Positions 53,062 to 63,156 of a stretch of DNA of 64,000 nt are shown here, one piece after another. Within the stretch, counting starts at the first letter, position 1. Each line of letters begins with the position of its first letter. The notes below the pieces were generated by a model that saw only the letters and a program-made list of their open reading frames with translations, did no database searches and was not told where the DNA came from. Position numbers and translations under genes: made by a program. Source of the stretch: Elusimicrobiaceae bacterium (GTDB lineage: Bacteria > Elusimicrobiota > Elusimicrobia > Elusimicrobiales > Elusimicrobiaceae); contig JAGCMD010000074.1 of NCBI GenBank assembly GCA_017646765.1, positions 5,627 to 69,626 on the forward strand, in the 5' to 3' direction.

Positions 53062-54137
53062 AAGGTAATCTTCCCTAAAATAGATTTTTTACACGCACCG
53101 GTAGCGTGCGGACAATGGTTTGTTTTTTTATGCAAGGCAAGCCACGCAAATAGCGCAAACGCGGCGGCCTCCTTGGCTTGCGGATCTATGTGATAGTCCA
53201 GGGAGGTGGTAATTTTTATGTGCGGCAGTAATTCACGCAAAAAACAAAGCAGCGTTTTGTTGTGGCAACCTCCGCCGGAAACAATAATTTCTTTTTGATA
53301 ACGGCGCGGCACAAATCGGGTCATTTGGTCGGCAATAGCGGCGGCGGTAAAATAGGTAACCGTGGCCAAAAGATTATTTTTTTGTAAATGTGCAAAGTGG
53401 CGTGTTAAATACCTTTTTCCAAAATCATTTTTATCTAAACTCTTAGGCGGCTTTTGGGTAAAAAACGGTTGCTTAAGTAATTGGCCGACAAGTATTTTAT
53501 CCGGCGTGCCTTTGGCGGCAGAGGCTCCGTTTTTATCAAACGGTTTATGCAAAAATTGTTGGGCGCATAAATCAATAAGCGTATTGCCCGGGCCCGCATC
53601 AAAGCCCGTGGTTTTTATGTTTTTTCCGACGAGTGAAAAGTTGGAAATACCGCCGATGTTAAGTAAAATTTTCGGGCTTTTTTGTCCCCAAATATATTCA
53701 TCAAAAAAAGGCACAAGCGGCGCGCCTTGCCCGCCAAGCGCAATATCTTTAGCCCGGAAATCGCTCACTACCGGTACGCCAAGCTGTGCGGCTAAAAAAC
53801 CCGGCTCCGCAATTTGCAACGTATGCGGCGTGGTGGCGTGCGGTGCGTGCAAGACCGTTTGACCGTGCGAGCCGATTACTTCAATGCTGTTTGCGGACAA
53901 TTTAAATTCTTTTAAAAACCGTTTAACCAGTTTTGCATACAAGGCGCCTAATTCGTAATTAAGTTCGCTAAGCGGCGCGGCATTTAATTGATAAGCATTT
54001 AACAGGCGGCTTTGTAATTTTTTAGGATAGGAATAATTTTTAAAATGTATGATTTTAAACGGATGAATGTGTACCGCGCAGACGGTAAGTCCGTCGGCGC
54101 TTGTGCCGCTCATGAGTCCTAAAGCCAGTTTAGTCAT
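53058..54137 (-). CDS. anmK: Anhydro-N-acetylmuramic acid kinase
   Basis: GLMSGTSADG, GSHGQT, GGQGAPLVP, NIGGISN, DAGPGN, KEAAAFA. Confidence 0.94.
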   Translation of the reverse strand: MTKLALGLMSGTSADGLTVCAVHIHPFKIIHFKNYSYPKKLQSRLLNAYQLNAAPLSELNYELGALYAKLVKRFLKEFKLSANSIEVIGSHGQTVLHAPHATTPHTLQIAEPGFLAAQLGVPVVSDFRAKDIALGGQGAPLVPFFDEYIWGQKSPKILLNIGGISNFSLVGKNIKTTGFDAGPGNTLIDLCAQQFLHKPFDKNGASAAKGTPDKILVGQLLKQPFFTQKPPKSLDKNDFGKRYLTRHFAHLQKNNLLATVTYFTAAAIADQMTRFVPRRYQKEIIVSGGGCHNKTLLCFLRELLPHIKITTSLDYHIDPQAKEAAAFALFAWLALHKKTNHCPHATGACKKSILGKITL

Positions 54138-55014
54138 CCAGTGTTTTCCCTAAAAATCCGTTTGCGCTTTTTAATTTTTTTTCGGCACTTACGCGCGAAA
54201 TTTTTTTACGGTGCATAACGATGGCGGTTTTAACGTGCCCGCCGGAAGAAACCAATAATTTAGCGGCAGTTTTCTCATTTGTCTTGGCAATCAAACTAAT
54301 TAGCCGAACCGCGCGGGCCACTAATTTTTGGTTGGTAGGTTGCACATCTACCATTAAATTGCCGTACGTTTTCCCGCACAAGGCCATCGCCCCTGTGGTA
54401 ATAGCGTTTAACGCCATTTTGGTAGCGGTGCCGGCTTTTAAGCGCGTAGATCCGCTTAATGCTTCCGGTCCGGTAGGTAAATAAATGTGAATTTCGGCGG
54501 GTGTCGTATCGGCGTGTGGATTGCACGAAATAAGAGCGGTATGCGCACCCAGCTTTTGTGCTTGCTTAAGTGCGCCCAACACATACGGCGTGCGTCCGCT
54601 AGCGGTTAGACCTATTACAAAATCGTCTTTTTTAGCGTGTTTGGCAATTTGGCGTGCGCCTTGTTTGTCATCATCTTCCGCCCCTTCCTGCGAGCGGAAA
54701 ACGGCTTTTTCCCCGCCGGCAATCAACCCGATAATTTCATTTGGTTTTGTGCCAAAGGTAGGTACACATTCCACGGCTTCCAAAATACCGAGCCGTCCGC
54801 TGGTACCCGCGCCGATAAAAATAATTTTGTGTTTGCCGGCGTATGTTTGAGCCGCGCGGATAATAGCGGCGGCAATTTGTTTGCCTGCTTTTTTAACGGC
54901 GCGTGCGGCGTTAAAATCTTCCGCGTTAAACGCGCGCGCAAGCTGAGCCGGAGTTATTTGGTCCAGTTTTTTAGTACGCGGGTTTACTTGTTCGGTGGGC
55001 GACAGTTTTTTCAT
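54130..55014 (-). CDS. murQ: N-acetylmuramic acid 6-phosphate etherase
   Basis: TEQVNP, GAGTSGRLG..ECVPTFG, EGAED, GSTRLKAGTA. Confidence 0.95.
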   Translation of the reverse strand: MKKLSPTEQVNPRTKKLDQITPAQLARAFNAEDFNAARAVKKAGKQIAAAIIRAAQTYAGKHKIIFIGAGTSGRLGILEAVECVPTFGTKPNEIIGLIAGGEKAVFRSQEGAEDDDKQGARQIAKHAKKDDFVIGLTASGRTPYVLGALKQAQKLGAHTALISCNPHADTTPAEIHIYLPTGPEALSGSTRLKAGTATKMALNAITTGAMALCGKTYGNLMVDVQPTNQKLVARAVRLISLIAKTNEKTAAKLLVSSGGHVKTAIVMHRKKISRVSAEKKLKSANGFLGKTLDD

Positions 55015-56315
55015 TTTTGCTGAAATTTCTTTTCCGTTTCTTCTAGCGTTTTGATTTTAGCACACAGCGGCACAACCGCAAAAGATAACAAACTGATCAG
55101 TGCGGTGGCCCAGAAAAATTTTTCGTACCCAAGCGCCACTTGCATTTTACCCGATAGCATAGACGGCACCATCATCCCTAAAGCCATAATACCCGTGGAG
55201 ATAGCATAGTGCGAGGTTTTATATTTGCCTTGCGAAACATACATAATAAATACCGTTAGTGCCATCATTGCCAGCCCGTAGCCGAAGTTTTCCAGCGTAA
55301 TGAGTGCGGCAATCACGGTTAGCCCCGGTTTGGCTATTGCCAAATATACGTAAAAGAAATTCGGCAGTACGAGCGAACAGGCAAACGGCCAAATACATTT
55401 TTTAAAACCGTATTTGCCCAAGAGCCACCCGCCTAACAAATTCCCCGCGATAATACCGCCCAGCCCAATACCCTTAATCAGCCCGTAATTTTGCATGGAC
55501 AGGCCGAGTGCTCCTTCGCCAAGCGGTTTAAGTAAAAAGAGCGGAACGATTTTTTCCAGTAACGCTTCGCCGAAACGGTAGATTAAGATGAACAGTAAAA
55601 TATACAAGATATTTTGCTGGGTAAAATAAGAGGAAAACGCTTCTTTCCAGGCGGTAGCTTGTGGAACAGCGGCAGGTTTGTCGTCTTGTGGTTTGGGCAA
55701 AATATAAAAATGAAACGCGGTAAACGCTAAAAATAAAAGCCCCAAAAAACCAAATAAGCAGACCCAATTATACGGTTTGGGGGCAAGCCCTTTTTCGGCC
55801 AAGGCACCCGTGAGTGAAATAAAAATACCGCTGCCTAAAATCATTGCCAAACGATAGAAAATCGTGCGGATACCCACAAAGCGGCCTTGGTCTTGCGGAG
55901 TCAGTGCGAGTAGATAATATCCGTCGGTAGCAATATCCAACGTGGCCGAAGCAAACGCGCCAAAGAAAAAGCCAAATAACGTGAGGGTAAAAGTAGTTTG
56001 CAACCCGGCTTGCTCGGCATGCATAAACGCTTGGAACATCAGCACGGCGGCAATTGCCAAAAACACCGCGGATAATACCGTTTGCGCGGCCAGCAGCCAA
56101 CGGCGTTTAGTGCTGCGGGCATCCATCAACGGGCTCCAAAACATTTTTAAAATCCACGGCAAATACAGCCACCCGGTCCACAGCGTAATTTGGTCGTTAG
56201 GCAGGCCCAGATCCGCATACAAAAGTACAGACACCGTATTGATGATGATATACGGGAAACCTTCGGCTAAATACAATGTGGGGATAAAACCCCAAGGGGA
56301 AGTAATTTTTTTCAT
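55011..56315 (-). CDS. AmpG-like MFS muropeptide permease
   Basis: LYLAEGFP, KMFWSPLMD, ATLDIATDGY, HYAISTG; adjacent to murQ. Confidence 0.82.
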   Translation of the reverse strand: MKKITSPWGFIPTLYLAEGFPYIIINTVSVLLYADLGLPNDQITLWTGWLYLPWILKMFWSPLMDARSTKRRWLLAAQTVLSAVFLAIAAVLMFQAFMHAEQAGLQTTFTLTLFGFFFGAFASATLDIATDGYYLLALTPQDQGRFVGIRTIFYRLAMILGSGIFISLTGALAEKGLAPKPYNWVCLFGFLGLLFLAFTAFHFYILPKPQDDKPAAVPQATAWKEAFSSYFTQQNILYILLFILIYRFGEALLEKIVPLFLLKPLGEGALGLSMQNYGLIKGIGLGGIIAGNLLGGWLLGKYGFKKCIWPFACSLVLPNFFYVYLAIAKPGLTVIAALITLENFGYGLAMMALTVFIMYVSQGKYKTSHYAISTGIMALGMMVPSMLSGKMQVALGYEKFFWATALISLLSFAVVPLCAKIKTLEETEKKFQQK

Positions 56316-56317
56316 AA

Positions 56318-57334
56318 TTATTTAAAAGCGTATTTTCCGGCCAGTAAATTAGCCAAAGGGCGCGTGGTTTCGTGTTTCTCAAAAAACATTTTGATAATAG
56401 CTGTAAGCGGTACGGCCAACAGCGCGCCCATAATCCCCCAAACAAGCGCCCAGAAAATTAAGCACGCGAGTACGATAATAGGGTCCAAGTCCATGCCGTC
56501 TCCGAGCCATTTGGTTTCTAAAATGTTGCCGATTACAAAATGAATAGTAGTCAGTAAACAAAGTGCCAGCATAATGCGCCAATCAAACCCGTATTGTAAA
56601 AATAAAACCGGTAACGGCAAAGCGGTAGAGATAAAAGGCCCAATATTAGGAATGAAGTTTAATACAAAGGTAAGAACAGCCAACATAGAGGCCAATTCTG
56701 TTTTTATAGAGGCCAGCACAATCCATGTACAAACCGCCGCCAAAAGTGAAACAAAAATTTTAACAAGCAAGTAGAAAGAAATTTGCCGTTGGATGCTTCC
56801 GACGAGGGAATGCTTGTCTTCGGTTGCTTTTCCCATGAAGATAAAGATTACAAACAGCGTGATAAGCATGGAATTGGTAACAAGTGACATCAGCGTTCCG
56901 CCCAAACTTTTGACAAAATTAAATACGGGTAGTTTGGCAGCTGTTTCCAATACAAACTGTGCATTGATATTGATGCCGTATTTTTGTCCGTGTGCCAGCA
57001 GCCAATCCAAGGTGCTGTTTAAGCGATCGGCATATGTATCGGCCCCGGCCACAAAGCTCTCAATGGAGTTGGCAATAAATAACACCGACGTAGTAATAAG
57101 CGCTAAAAAGGCCAAGAAGCTAAGCACCAACCCGAGGGCATAAGGCACCCGCCATTTTTGTTTAAGTCTTGCCGCAAGCGTGCTTGCTACCATAGAAATA
57201 AACAGGGCAATAATAAACGGCATTAAAATAGTTTTGGTGTATACTAACACCGCTGTAGCGGCGGTGCCGGCTAAAATCATCAAACAAACATTGTTGATAG
57301 GGGCGAGTTTTTCCGTAGTTGTGTTTATGAGCAT
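56318..57334 (-). CDS. AI-2E family transporter
   Basis: FVLNFIPNIG, GNILETKWLG..L.P, FWALVWG..GALLAVPLT. Confidence 0.88.
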   Translation of the reverse strand: MLINTTTEKLAPINNVCLMILAGTAATAVLVYTKTILMPFIIALFISMVASTLAARLKQKWRVPYALGLVLSFLAFLALITTSVLFIANSIESFVAGADTYADRLNSTLDWLLAHGQKYGININAQFVLETAAKLPVFNFVKSLGGTLMSLVTNSMLITLFVIFIFMGKATEDKHSLVGSIQRQISFYLLVKIFVSLLAAVCTWIVLASIKTELASMLAVLTFVLNFIPNIGPFISTALPLPVLFLQYGFDWRIMLALCLLTTIHFVIGNILETKWLGDGMDLDPIIVLACLIFWALVWGIMGALLAVPLTAIIKMFFEKHETTRPLANLLAGKYAFK

Positions 57335-57437
57335 AGTTTTCTCCTAAAATTAGTATAGCATACCGGGGCGTGCTTTGACACGGATGATAATCTATTTAGA
57401 AAATGGGCGCGCGGAAAATTTTTAGTACACTATATAT

Positions 57438-58010
57438 ATGGGATATAAAAAAATACTTGTATTATCTTGTTGTGCGCCGTGCTCGTGCGCTGCTATCAAG
57501 CATTTAGCGGATAGCGGAGCAGATGTGTCGGTGCTTTTTTATAATCCCAACATTCACCCGCGACAAGAATATGAAAAACGGCGCGACGAACAAAAGCGTG
57601 TTTGCCAAGACTTAGGGGCAAAATTTATAGAACTACCCTATGAGCCGGAGAAATGGGATAAAGCTGTGTGCGGGTTGGAACACGAACCCGAACGCGGCAA
57701 GCGTTGCAGTGTTTGTTTTTATATGCGCTTAGTGCGCGCGCAGGAATATGCTAAAGAACACAAGTTTGAAGTATTAACTTCGGTGTTGGGGGTTTCGCGC
57801 TATAAAGATTTTAATCAAGTGAATACTGCGGCACGTTTAGCGTGGGCGCGTGTGGGGAAACCCTATTGGGCAAAAGATTGGCGCAAAGACGGATTAGAAG
57901 AATTGCGCCGGGCTCTTATCAAAGAATTTGAGATGTACAGGCAAACCTACTGCGGGTGTAAGTACAGTTTAGCGGCTGTTACCGCGCGCAAACAAGAGGG
58001 GGAAAAATGA
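57438..58010 (+). CDS. queH: Epoxyqueuosine reductase QueH
   Basis: CCAPCS, FYNPNIHP, PERGKRC..C, YRQTYCGC. Confidence 0.92.
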   Translation: MGYKKILVLSCCAPCSCAAIKHLADSGADVSVLFYNPNIHPRQEYEKRRDEQKRVCQDLGAKFIELPYEPEKWDKAVCGLEHEPERGKRCSVCFYMRLVRAQEYAKEHKFEVLTSVLGVSRYKDFNQVNTAARLAWARVGKPYWAKDWRKDGLEELRRALIKEFEMYRQTYCGCKYSLAAVTARKQEGEK

Positions 58011-60217
58011 AAAAAGTTTGGTTAAAACGGGCGGGAATAATGCTGCTTGTTTTGGGGCTGTTGCTGGGAGTTGCTGATGTGGGGCTGCATGTGTTATCCG
58101 GGCGGGCGTGGGTGCGCCGGAAAATAACGGAAAAATTATCCCAAGCAATCGGACGCGAAATACGCTTGGACCGGGTTGTTTTCAATTTGCGCGGAGGCGT
58201 TTTGGAAAATTTTGTTATTGCCAAACCCGGAGGTTTCGCCGAGGGGGAAATGTTTCGCATTGGGCATGCGCACATGAAAGTATCGCTTTGGCATTTATTG
58301 CACGGGGAATTGCACATCAGTGCCGTAGGAATAGAAGGGATTTCGTTACATATTGTACGGGATGAACAAGGCAAATTAAATACCGAGTTTTACCCGGAAG
58401 AACCGAAAATAGCCGAGGACTCCGCCGGGACTCCGCCGGATATTGCAGTGGAGGAATTAATAGCACGAAAAATTGAAATTACGTATTTGGATAAACAAAC
58501 TCAATTACAAGCGGAGTTAAAAGATGCTGAAATTTCTTTGCGTAATTTTTCGTGGGATGAGCCTTTTGAAGTGCGCGCGCAGGCCGCACTCGCTTACCAA
58601 CAAGACAAGCAACCGTTTTCTGCCAAAATGTCTTTGGGAGCAAGGGTGCTGTTGGCTGAGTTGGACTTGCCTAAGGCGTATGCCGAAATCTCTTCTTTTT
58701 CTTTCCGTAACGGAAGTATGCGGGCTACCCTTACCGGACAGGTGAAAAATTTAGAAAATCCCGAGTTTGATTTAAAATTAGATGGTCAAAAAATTTCACA
58801 CCAAGCTTTGGCTCCTTTTGTTTCGGAAGATTGGCCGCTGGATATCGCCCGCTTATCAATTTTAGCCAAAGGGGTCTTGTCGCCTGCCGACGGAAAATTG
58901 CAACTTGCGCAAGGGGAGTTTTCTTGCCCGGGGATAGAAACTACTTTGCAAGGAGAAGTGAATTGGAAACGTGAAAAATATGATATTTCCTTACGTTTGC
59001 AAGCCCAACTGGGTGAACTTGCCCAAGCGCTTTTATTCTTGCGCCCGTATGCGCCGGAAGGCCGGTTGGTGGCGGAAGGGCGGGTAACTTCCAAAATTAC
59101 CGTGCGTGCGGAAATGGCGGATGGCGGATTTCACGTACCGCAAGCCGGGAAATTTACAAATTTGCAAGCGGCTTTGGACGTTTCGGAAAATACCCTTTTT
59201 ACAAAAGGCCAAGGAGTATTTGGATTGCACGGCACATTAAACGGAGAAGATTTTAAAACTGATTTTTCGTTTACCCAAACCGCCAAAGAAATTGTGGCAA
59301 CGTTACATGCGGCGGCCGAAAAACTAATTTTGCCGCCTGCCAAAAAAGAGGAGTCGTCTTCGGATAAGGCCGCTTTGTCTGCCGCTGCTGAGGAAGAAAA
59401 ATTTACGTGGAAATGGCCGCCCATTACCGCGAAAGCAGATGTAAAGATAGGGGCCTTGGACGCGCCCTATATCAATGGGCAAGAGTTTGATTTTCAGTTA
59501 GATATGTCCGGCATTACTCCGCGGTTAGATTCCGCCCACGGGACGTTGGCCTTGTCCATGAATAACGGACAAATTACGGATTTATATCATTTAACAAATT
59601 CCAATGCCTTGATGAAGGTGTTGTTTATGTCTTTAAACGTAGTAGGCAAAGTGTTTAATAGTTTGGATGTTTTGTCGGTATTGAGCGGGTTAACCGGCAG
59701 TTCTCCCAACGGGCAGACAGAAGCGGTGATTAAAATGATTCCAAACGAAGAAGGAAAATTAGTGGCCGTTAGGGTGCCGGCTTCTTCGCGTAAAGTAGAC
59801 GGACATTTGGCGTACGATAAATTTGTAACGGATGTGCATTTTGAACACGGTGTGGCGACGATTAAAAAAGGAAGTTTTGTGTCAGATATGATGTCTTTTG
59901 ACTTGTCTGGTACTACAGATTTTAAGACGGAAAAAATTGATATGACCGTTCAGGCTGCCCCGGGTAGACACGAGACGGGTGGCGTGATGCCGCTGACGCT
60001 CAAAATTGGCGGTACAATTAGAGAGCCGACAGGAAATATGAGTGTAATGGGGTCGGTAGCCTCGTTGGTTACGCAGGGCGTAACAAATAATTTTGCTTCG
60101 CGTGCTATTAAAAAAAGCCTACGTGGGTTCTGGGGGCTTTTTAAGAAAAAAGAACGCCCCTTGGAAGAAACTTCTAAAGAGGAAATTTCGTCCCAATCGG
60201 CCGCCGAGCCGCAGTGA
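58007..60217 (+). CDS. AsmA family protein
   Basis: N-terminal TM anchor, long beta-rich body, C-terminal LPLxIGGT..P signature. Confidence 0.72.
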   Translation: MKKVWLKRAGIMLLVLGLLLGVADVGLHVLSGRAWVRRKITEKLSQAIGREIRLDRVVFNLRGGVLENFVIAKPGGFAEGEMFRIGHAHMKVSLWHLLHGELHISAVGIEGISLHIVRDEQGKLNTEFYPEEPKIAEDSAGTPPDIAVEELIARKIEITYLDKQTQLQAELKDAEISLRNFSWDEPFEVRAQAALAYQQDKQPFSAKMSLGARVLLAELDLPKAYAEISSFSFRNGSMRATLTGQVKNLENPEFDLKLDGQKISHQALAPFVSEDWPLDIARLSILAKGVLSPADGKLQLAQGEFSCPGIETTLQGEVNWKREKYDISLRLQAQLGELAQALLFLRPYAPEGRLVAEGRVTSKITVRAEMADGGFHVPQAGKFTNLQAALDVSENTLFTKGQGVFGLHGTLNGEDFKTDFSFTQTAKEIVATLHAAAEKLILPPAKKEESSSDKAALSAAAEEEKFTWKWPPITAKADVKIGALDAPYINGQEFDFQLDMSGITPRLDSAHGTLALSMNNGQITDLYHLTNSNALMKVLFMSLNVVGKVFNSLDVLSVLSGLTGSSPNGQTEAVIKMIPNEEGKLVAVRVPASSRKVDGHLAYDKFVTDVHFEHGVATIKKGSFVSDMMSFDLSGTTDFKTEKIDMTVQAAPGRHETGGVMPLTLKIGGTIREPTGNMSVMGSVASLVTQGVTNNFASRAIKKSLRGFWGLFKKKERPLEETSKEEISSQSAAEPQ

Positions 60218-60269
60218 GCATATAAAAACGTTATTTGCCAGCGCTTGTTCTTTTTTCTATACTACAACT

Positions 60270-60968
60270 ATGATTTACTTTTCACATCGCGGCGCAAATA
60301 AAATGCGCGTACAAAACACAGGGGCGGCCTTTGCTTTGGCGCACGCTCAAGGAGCGCGCTGTTTTGAATTGGATGTGCATTTACTTAAAGACGGGGCTTT
60401 GGCTGTTCATCATGATTATTCGTTACTCGGCACAGCCGGTAAAGATGTTAAACTGGCGGGCCTTACCTCCGCCGATTTAAAAGCCTATCCGCTTATCAAT
60501 CCCTTTTCCAAAGAAACCGTTTTTGTGCCGCTGCTTAGCGAAATTTTGCCGATTGTGGCGCCGGAATTGCAACTGCTTAATATAGAAATTAAAAATGATG
60601 ATAATGTTTATCCGGGGATAGAAAAAGCCTTGGTAAAAGCATTAGCCTTTCATCATGATTTATTGCCCCGGGTGCTTTTTTCCAGTTTTGACTACAATAC
60701 GTTGGACCGATTGCGCGCGGTGTTGCCTGGCGCGCGGCTGGGGCTTTTGACGCGTAACTTTGATGTGAAGAAAGCGCTTTTATTATCGGCGGAAAGTGTG
60801 CATATCAATCAAACGCGTTTTACGCCGTTGATTGCCCAAACGTGTCATGAACATGGATTAAAAATATATGTATATACTGTTAATGAGGTGGCTGTAGCTA
60901 AACAATTAGAACAAGATGGTGCGGACGGTATTTTTACCGATTGCATAGATTTGTTTTTAAGAGGATAA
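60270..60968 (+). CDS. Glycerophosphodiester phosphodiesterase
   Basis: SHRG, ELDVHL..DG.LAVHHD, NIEIK, SSFD, YTVN, DGIFTD; likely start MIYFSHRG. Confidence 0.9.
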   Translation: MIYFSHRGANKMRVQNTGAAFALAHAQGARCFELDVHLLKDGALAVHHDYSLLGTAGKDVKLAGLTSADLKAYPLINPFSKETVFVPLLSEILPIVAPELQLLNIEIKNDDNVYPGIEKALVKALAFHHDLLPRVLFSSFDYNTLDRLRAVLPGARLGLLTRNFDVKKALLLSAESVHINQTRFTPLIAQTCHEHGLKIYVYTVNEVAVAKQLEQDGADGIFTDCIDLFLRG

Positions 60969-60980
60969 GTTATTACGCGC

Positions 60981-61018
60981 ATAAAAAAACCCCCGCTTGT
61001 AAGCGGGGGTTTTTTATA
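60981..61018. terminator. Bidirectional intrinsic terminator
   Basis: AAAAAAACCCCCGCTT-gt-AAGCGGGGGTTTTTT between convergent genes. Confidence 0.85.
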
Positions 61019-61029
61019 TAAAGCAGCAT

Positions 61030-61425
61030 TTAGTAATCGTAGGCCTGTTCACCGCCGTTATCGCCCCCTTCTTGCATGCCGTAGTATTCTTCCGGCGTGT
61101 AGCGTTTGGGTTTTTTCCAAAGGCGTTTTTCTTTTTTATGGTCGGCATCGCTGGGTTGCCCCGGCACTTTAGGTTGTTGGCGCTCGTCAAAGAAATAGAC
61201 GGTCTTGTCCGTTTCCGGCACTACATTAAAAATATAATCCGACTCTACCAGCGGTTGTGCGGCCCGGCGTTCTTTTTCGGCTTGATTACCCAAATCTTCC
61301 AGGTAATCTTCTTCGGTTAGATAAATTTTACGGCGTTCGCGCGGGTCTTCGGTGTTTTGCGAAGCGCACGCGGCTAAAAAACTAATCCCTAATAAACATA
61401 AAATCATTTTGGTAACCGTTTTCAT
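61030..61425 (-). CDS. Small lipoprotein of unknown function
   Basis: Lipobox LAAC; GGAG RBS. Confidence 0.7.
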   Translation of the reverse strand: MKTVTKMILCLLGISFLAACASQNTEDPRERRKIYLTEEDYLEDLGNQAEKERRAAQPLVESDYIFNVVPETDKTVYFFDERQQPKVPGQPSDADHKKEKRLWKKPKRYTPEEYYGMQEGGDNGGEQAYDY

Positions 61426-61434
61426 AATTTCTCC

Positions 61435-62295
61435 TTAAATCTTTCTCTCTCCTGATAATATAATGTTTTCCAGCAGCACTGCAAGTGTTACGGGGCCGAC
61501 TCCGCCGGGAACGGGGGAGTAAGAAATGCCGGCTGCCTCTAATTCTTGTGCGTTGGCATCTCCGCAAAGCAGGTTGTTATTCCAATTAGTAGAAATATCA
61601 ATCACCACGGAACCTTTTTTAAGCCATTTGGTTTTGAGTAGCCCGGGCGAGCCGGCGGCCGAGCAAATAATATCTGCATTTTGCACGGCACGAGGTAAAT
61701 CGGAGTACGAGTGGCAAAGCTTCACGGTGGCATTTTTGCACGATAACAAATGCGCCAGCGGCCGGCCTACCGTAGAGGAACGTCCGATAACGACGGCTTC
61801 TTTTCCGGCCAATTCTATATGGTGAAAATCAAGCAGCCGCATCACAGCCAAGGCCGTACACGGCACAAAACCCGGCAAGCGCTCAATTTGCTCCCACGTC
61901 TTACACAAAAATAACCGGCCCGCGTTGGTGATGGACATACCGTCAATATCTTGCCGCGGGTTTAAGTAGTGGGCAAAATCGCTTTGGGCCAGTTGATCCG
62001 GCAGCGGTCGCGGAATTAAAACAGCGTCGGTGTCCGTGTGTTTGGCCAGTTCCTTAACGGCTTGGCAAAAACCGTCTGCGGGCGTGTTTTTATCTAAATC
62101 AAAGATATGGGTTTCAATGCCGATTTTTTGCGCGGCGGCCACTTCTTTTTTAAGATACAACCGTGCGGCGTAATCATCCGACGTGCCTAATGCACACAAA
62201 CAAATCGGGCGTCCGAGTTTTTGCCGTACATTATCAGCCCGCTGTTGCAACGGGGCGCGAATCTGCTGTGCCAGTGTTTTGCCTTCCAATATCAT
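61435..62295 (-). CDS. folD: FolD family methylenetetrahydrofolate dehydrogenase with an atypical cyclohydrolase site
   Basis: ILEGK, DIDG, PCTALAV, VIGRSSTVGRP, PVPGGVGPVT. Confidence 0.9.
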   Translation of the reverse strand: MILEGKTLAQQIRAPLQQRADNVRQKLGRPICLCALGTSDDYAARLYLKKEVAAAQKIGIETHIFDLDKNTPADGFCQAVKELAKHTDTDAVLIPRPLPDQLAQSDFAHYLNPRQDIDGMSITNAGRLFLCKTWEQIERLPGFVPCTALAVMRLLDFHHIELAGKEAVVIGRSSTVGRPLAHLLSCKNATVKLCHSYSDLPRAVQNADIICSAAGSPGLLKTKWLKKGSVVIDISTNWNNNLLCGDANAQELEAAGISYSPVPGGVGPVTLAVLLENIILSGERKI

Positions 62296-62430
62296 ACTAC
62301 TATTCTAGCAAATAACGGGCGCAGAACGAGAAAGTATCCTTGTGCAATAAAGTTTTTTCTTGCGGTGTTTTATACATACAGCGGATCAACCGATAATCGG
62401 GTAAAGGATAGCCATCCGCGAGGAGGTCTT

Positions 62431-63111
62431 ATGAAAAAACTTTTGACGATGTTGTTAATAGGCGGGTTGTTGGCTTGTGCGGGGCAAAGCTCCGCGCAAG
62501 GTATTGAAGCCGGCTCATCCCTGGTTAGTTTATATGCCGGGTTTGGCTCGGCCTTAGAAAAATCCGATATAGAAATTAACGGAGATAATTTGTCTTGGGG
62601 AAATATAGGCGGCGAGTTAGGTCTTTCGTATTTATTTTTTCCCACACCTTATTTGGGGCTGGGAGCCGATATCCGCTATGCGGGTTTCCAGGGCAGTGAA
62701 AAGACGGAGTATTGGGCCGGACGTTGGTTTTGGCATACGCTGGAAAGTGATTTTGAAACACACACCTTGCAACTCATGGCGGCGGGCCGTATTAACCTCA
62801 ATCCGGGCGCAAACGTGCGGTTGTATGTTCCGTTCGGGGCGGGGGTGGTATTTTCCCGCGGACGGATGGAATATACGTGGGATGATTATGCGTATGATAC
62901 CGAAACGGCTTCTAATACCTCTTTGGGTTGGTACGCCGGAGTGGGTATTGAGTTTGATACTTCCGACCGTTTTGCCTGGGGATTAGAGGCGCGGTATAAT
63001 ACGTTCCGGTATGACGACACCCGTTTGGCGCAGGATATAGGCGGACGTTCCTCCGGGAGTGAGAAAGACCGCAGCTATGTGTCGGTAGCTATCAAAGTGA
63101 GTTTTAAATGA
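62431..63111 (+). CDS. Small outer-membrane beta-barrel protein
   Basis: GGAGG RBS, signal peptide MKKLLT; similar to 3687-4307 (YVPFGAGV, GVGIEFD, GLEARY). Confidence 0.75.
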   Translation: MKKLLTMLLIGGLLACAGQSSAQGIEAGSSLVSLYAGFGSALEKSDIEINGDNLSWGNIGGELGLSYLFFPTPYLGLGADIRYAGFQGSEKTEYWAGRWFWHTLESDFETHTLQLMAAGRINLNPGANVRLYVPFGAGVVFSRGRMEYTWDDYAYDTETASNTSLGWYAGVGIEFDTSDRFAWGLEARYNTFRYDDTRLAQDIGGRSSGSEKDRSYVSVAIKVSFK

Positions 63112-63120
63112 CAAGGAATT

Positions 63121-63151
63121 AACAGCCCCGGTCTGTTCTGTCGGGGCTGTT
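63121..63151. terminator. Terminator hairpin between convergent genes
   Basis: AACAGCCCCG...CGGGGCTGTT. Confidence 0.65.
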
Positions 63152-63156
63152 AAATT

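Noticed and set aside
51640-56315. ampG-murQ-anmK-nagZ cluster as a novel system
   Set aside because: It is the established anhydro-muropeptide recycling pathway with intact motifs.
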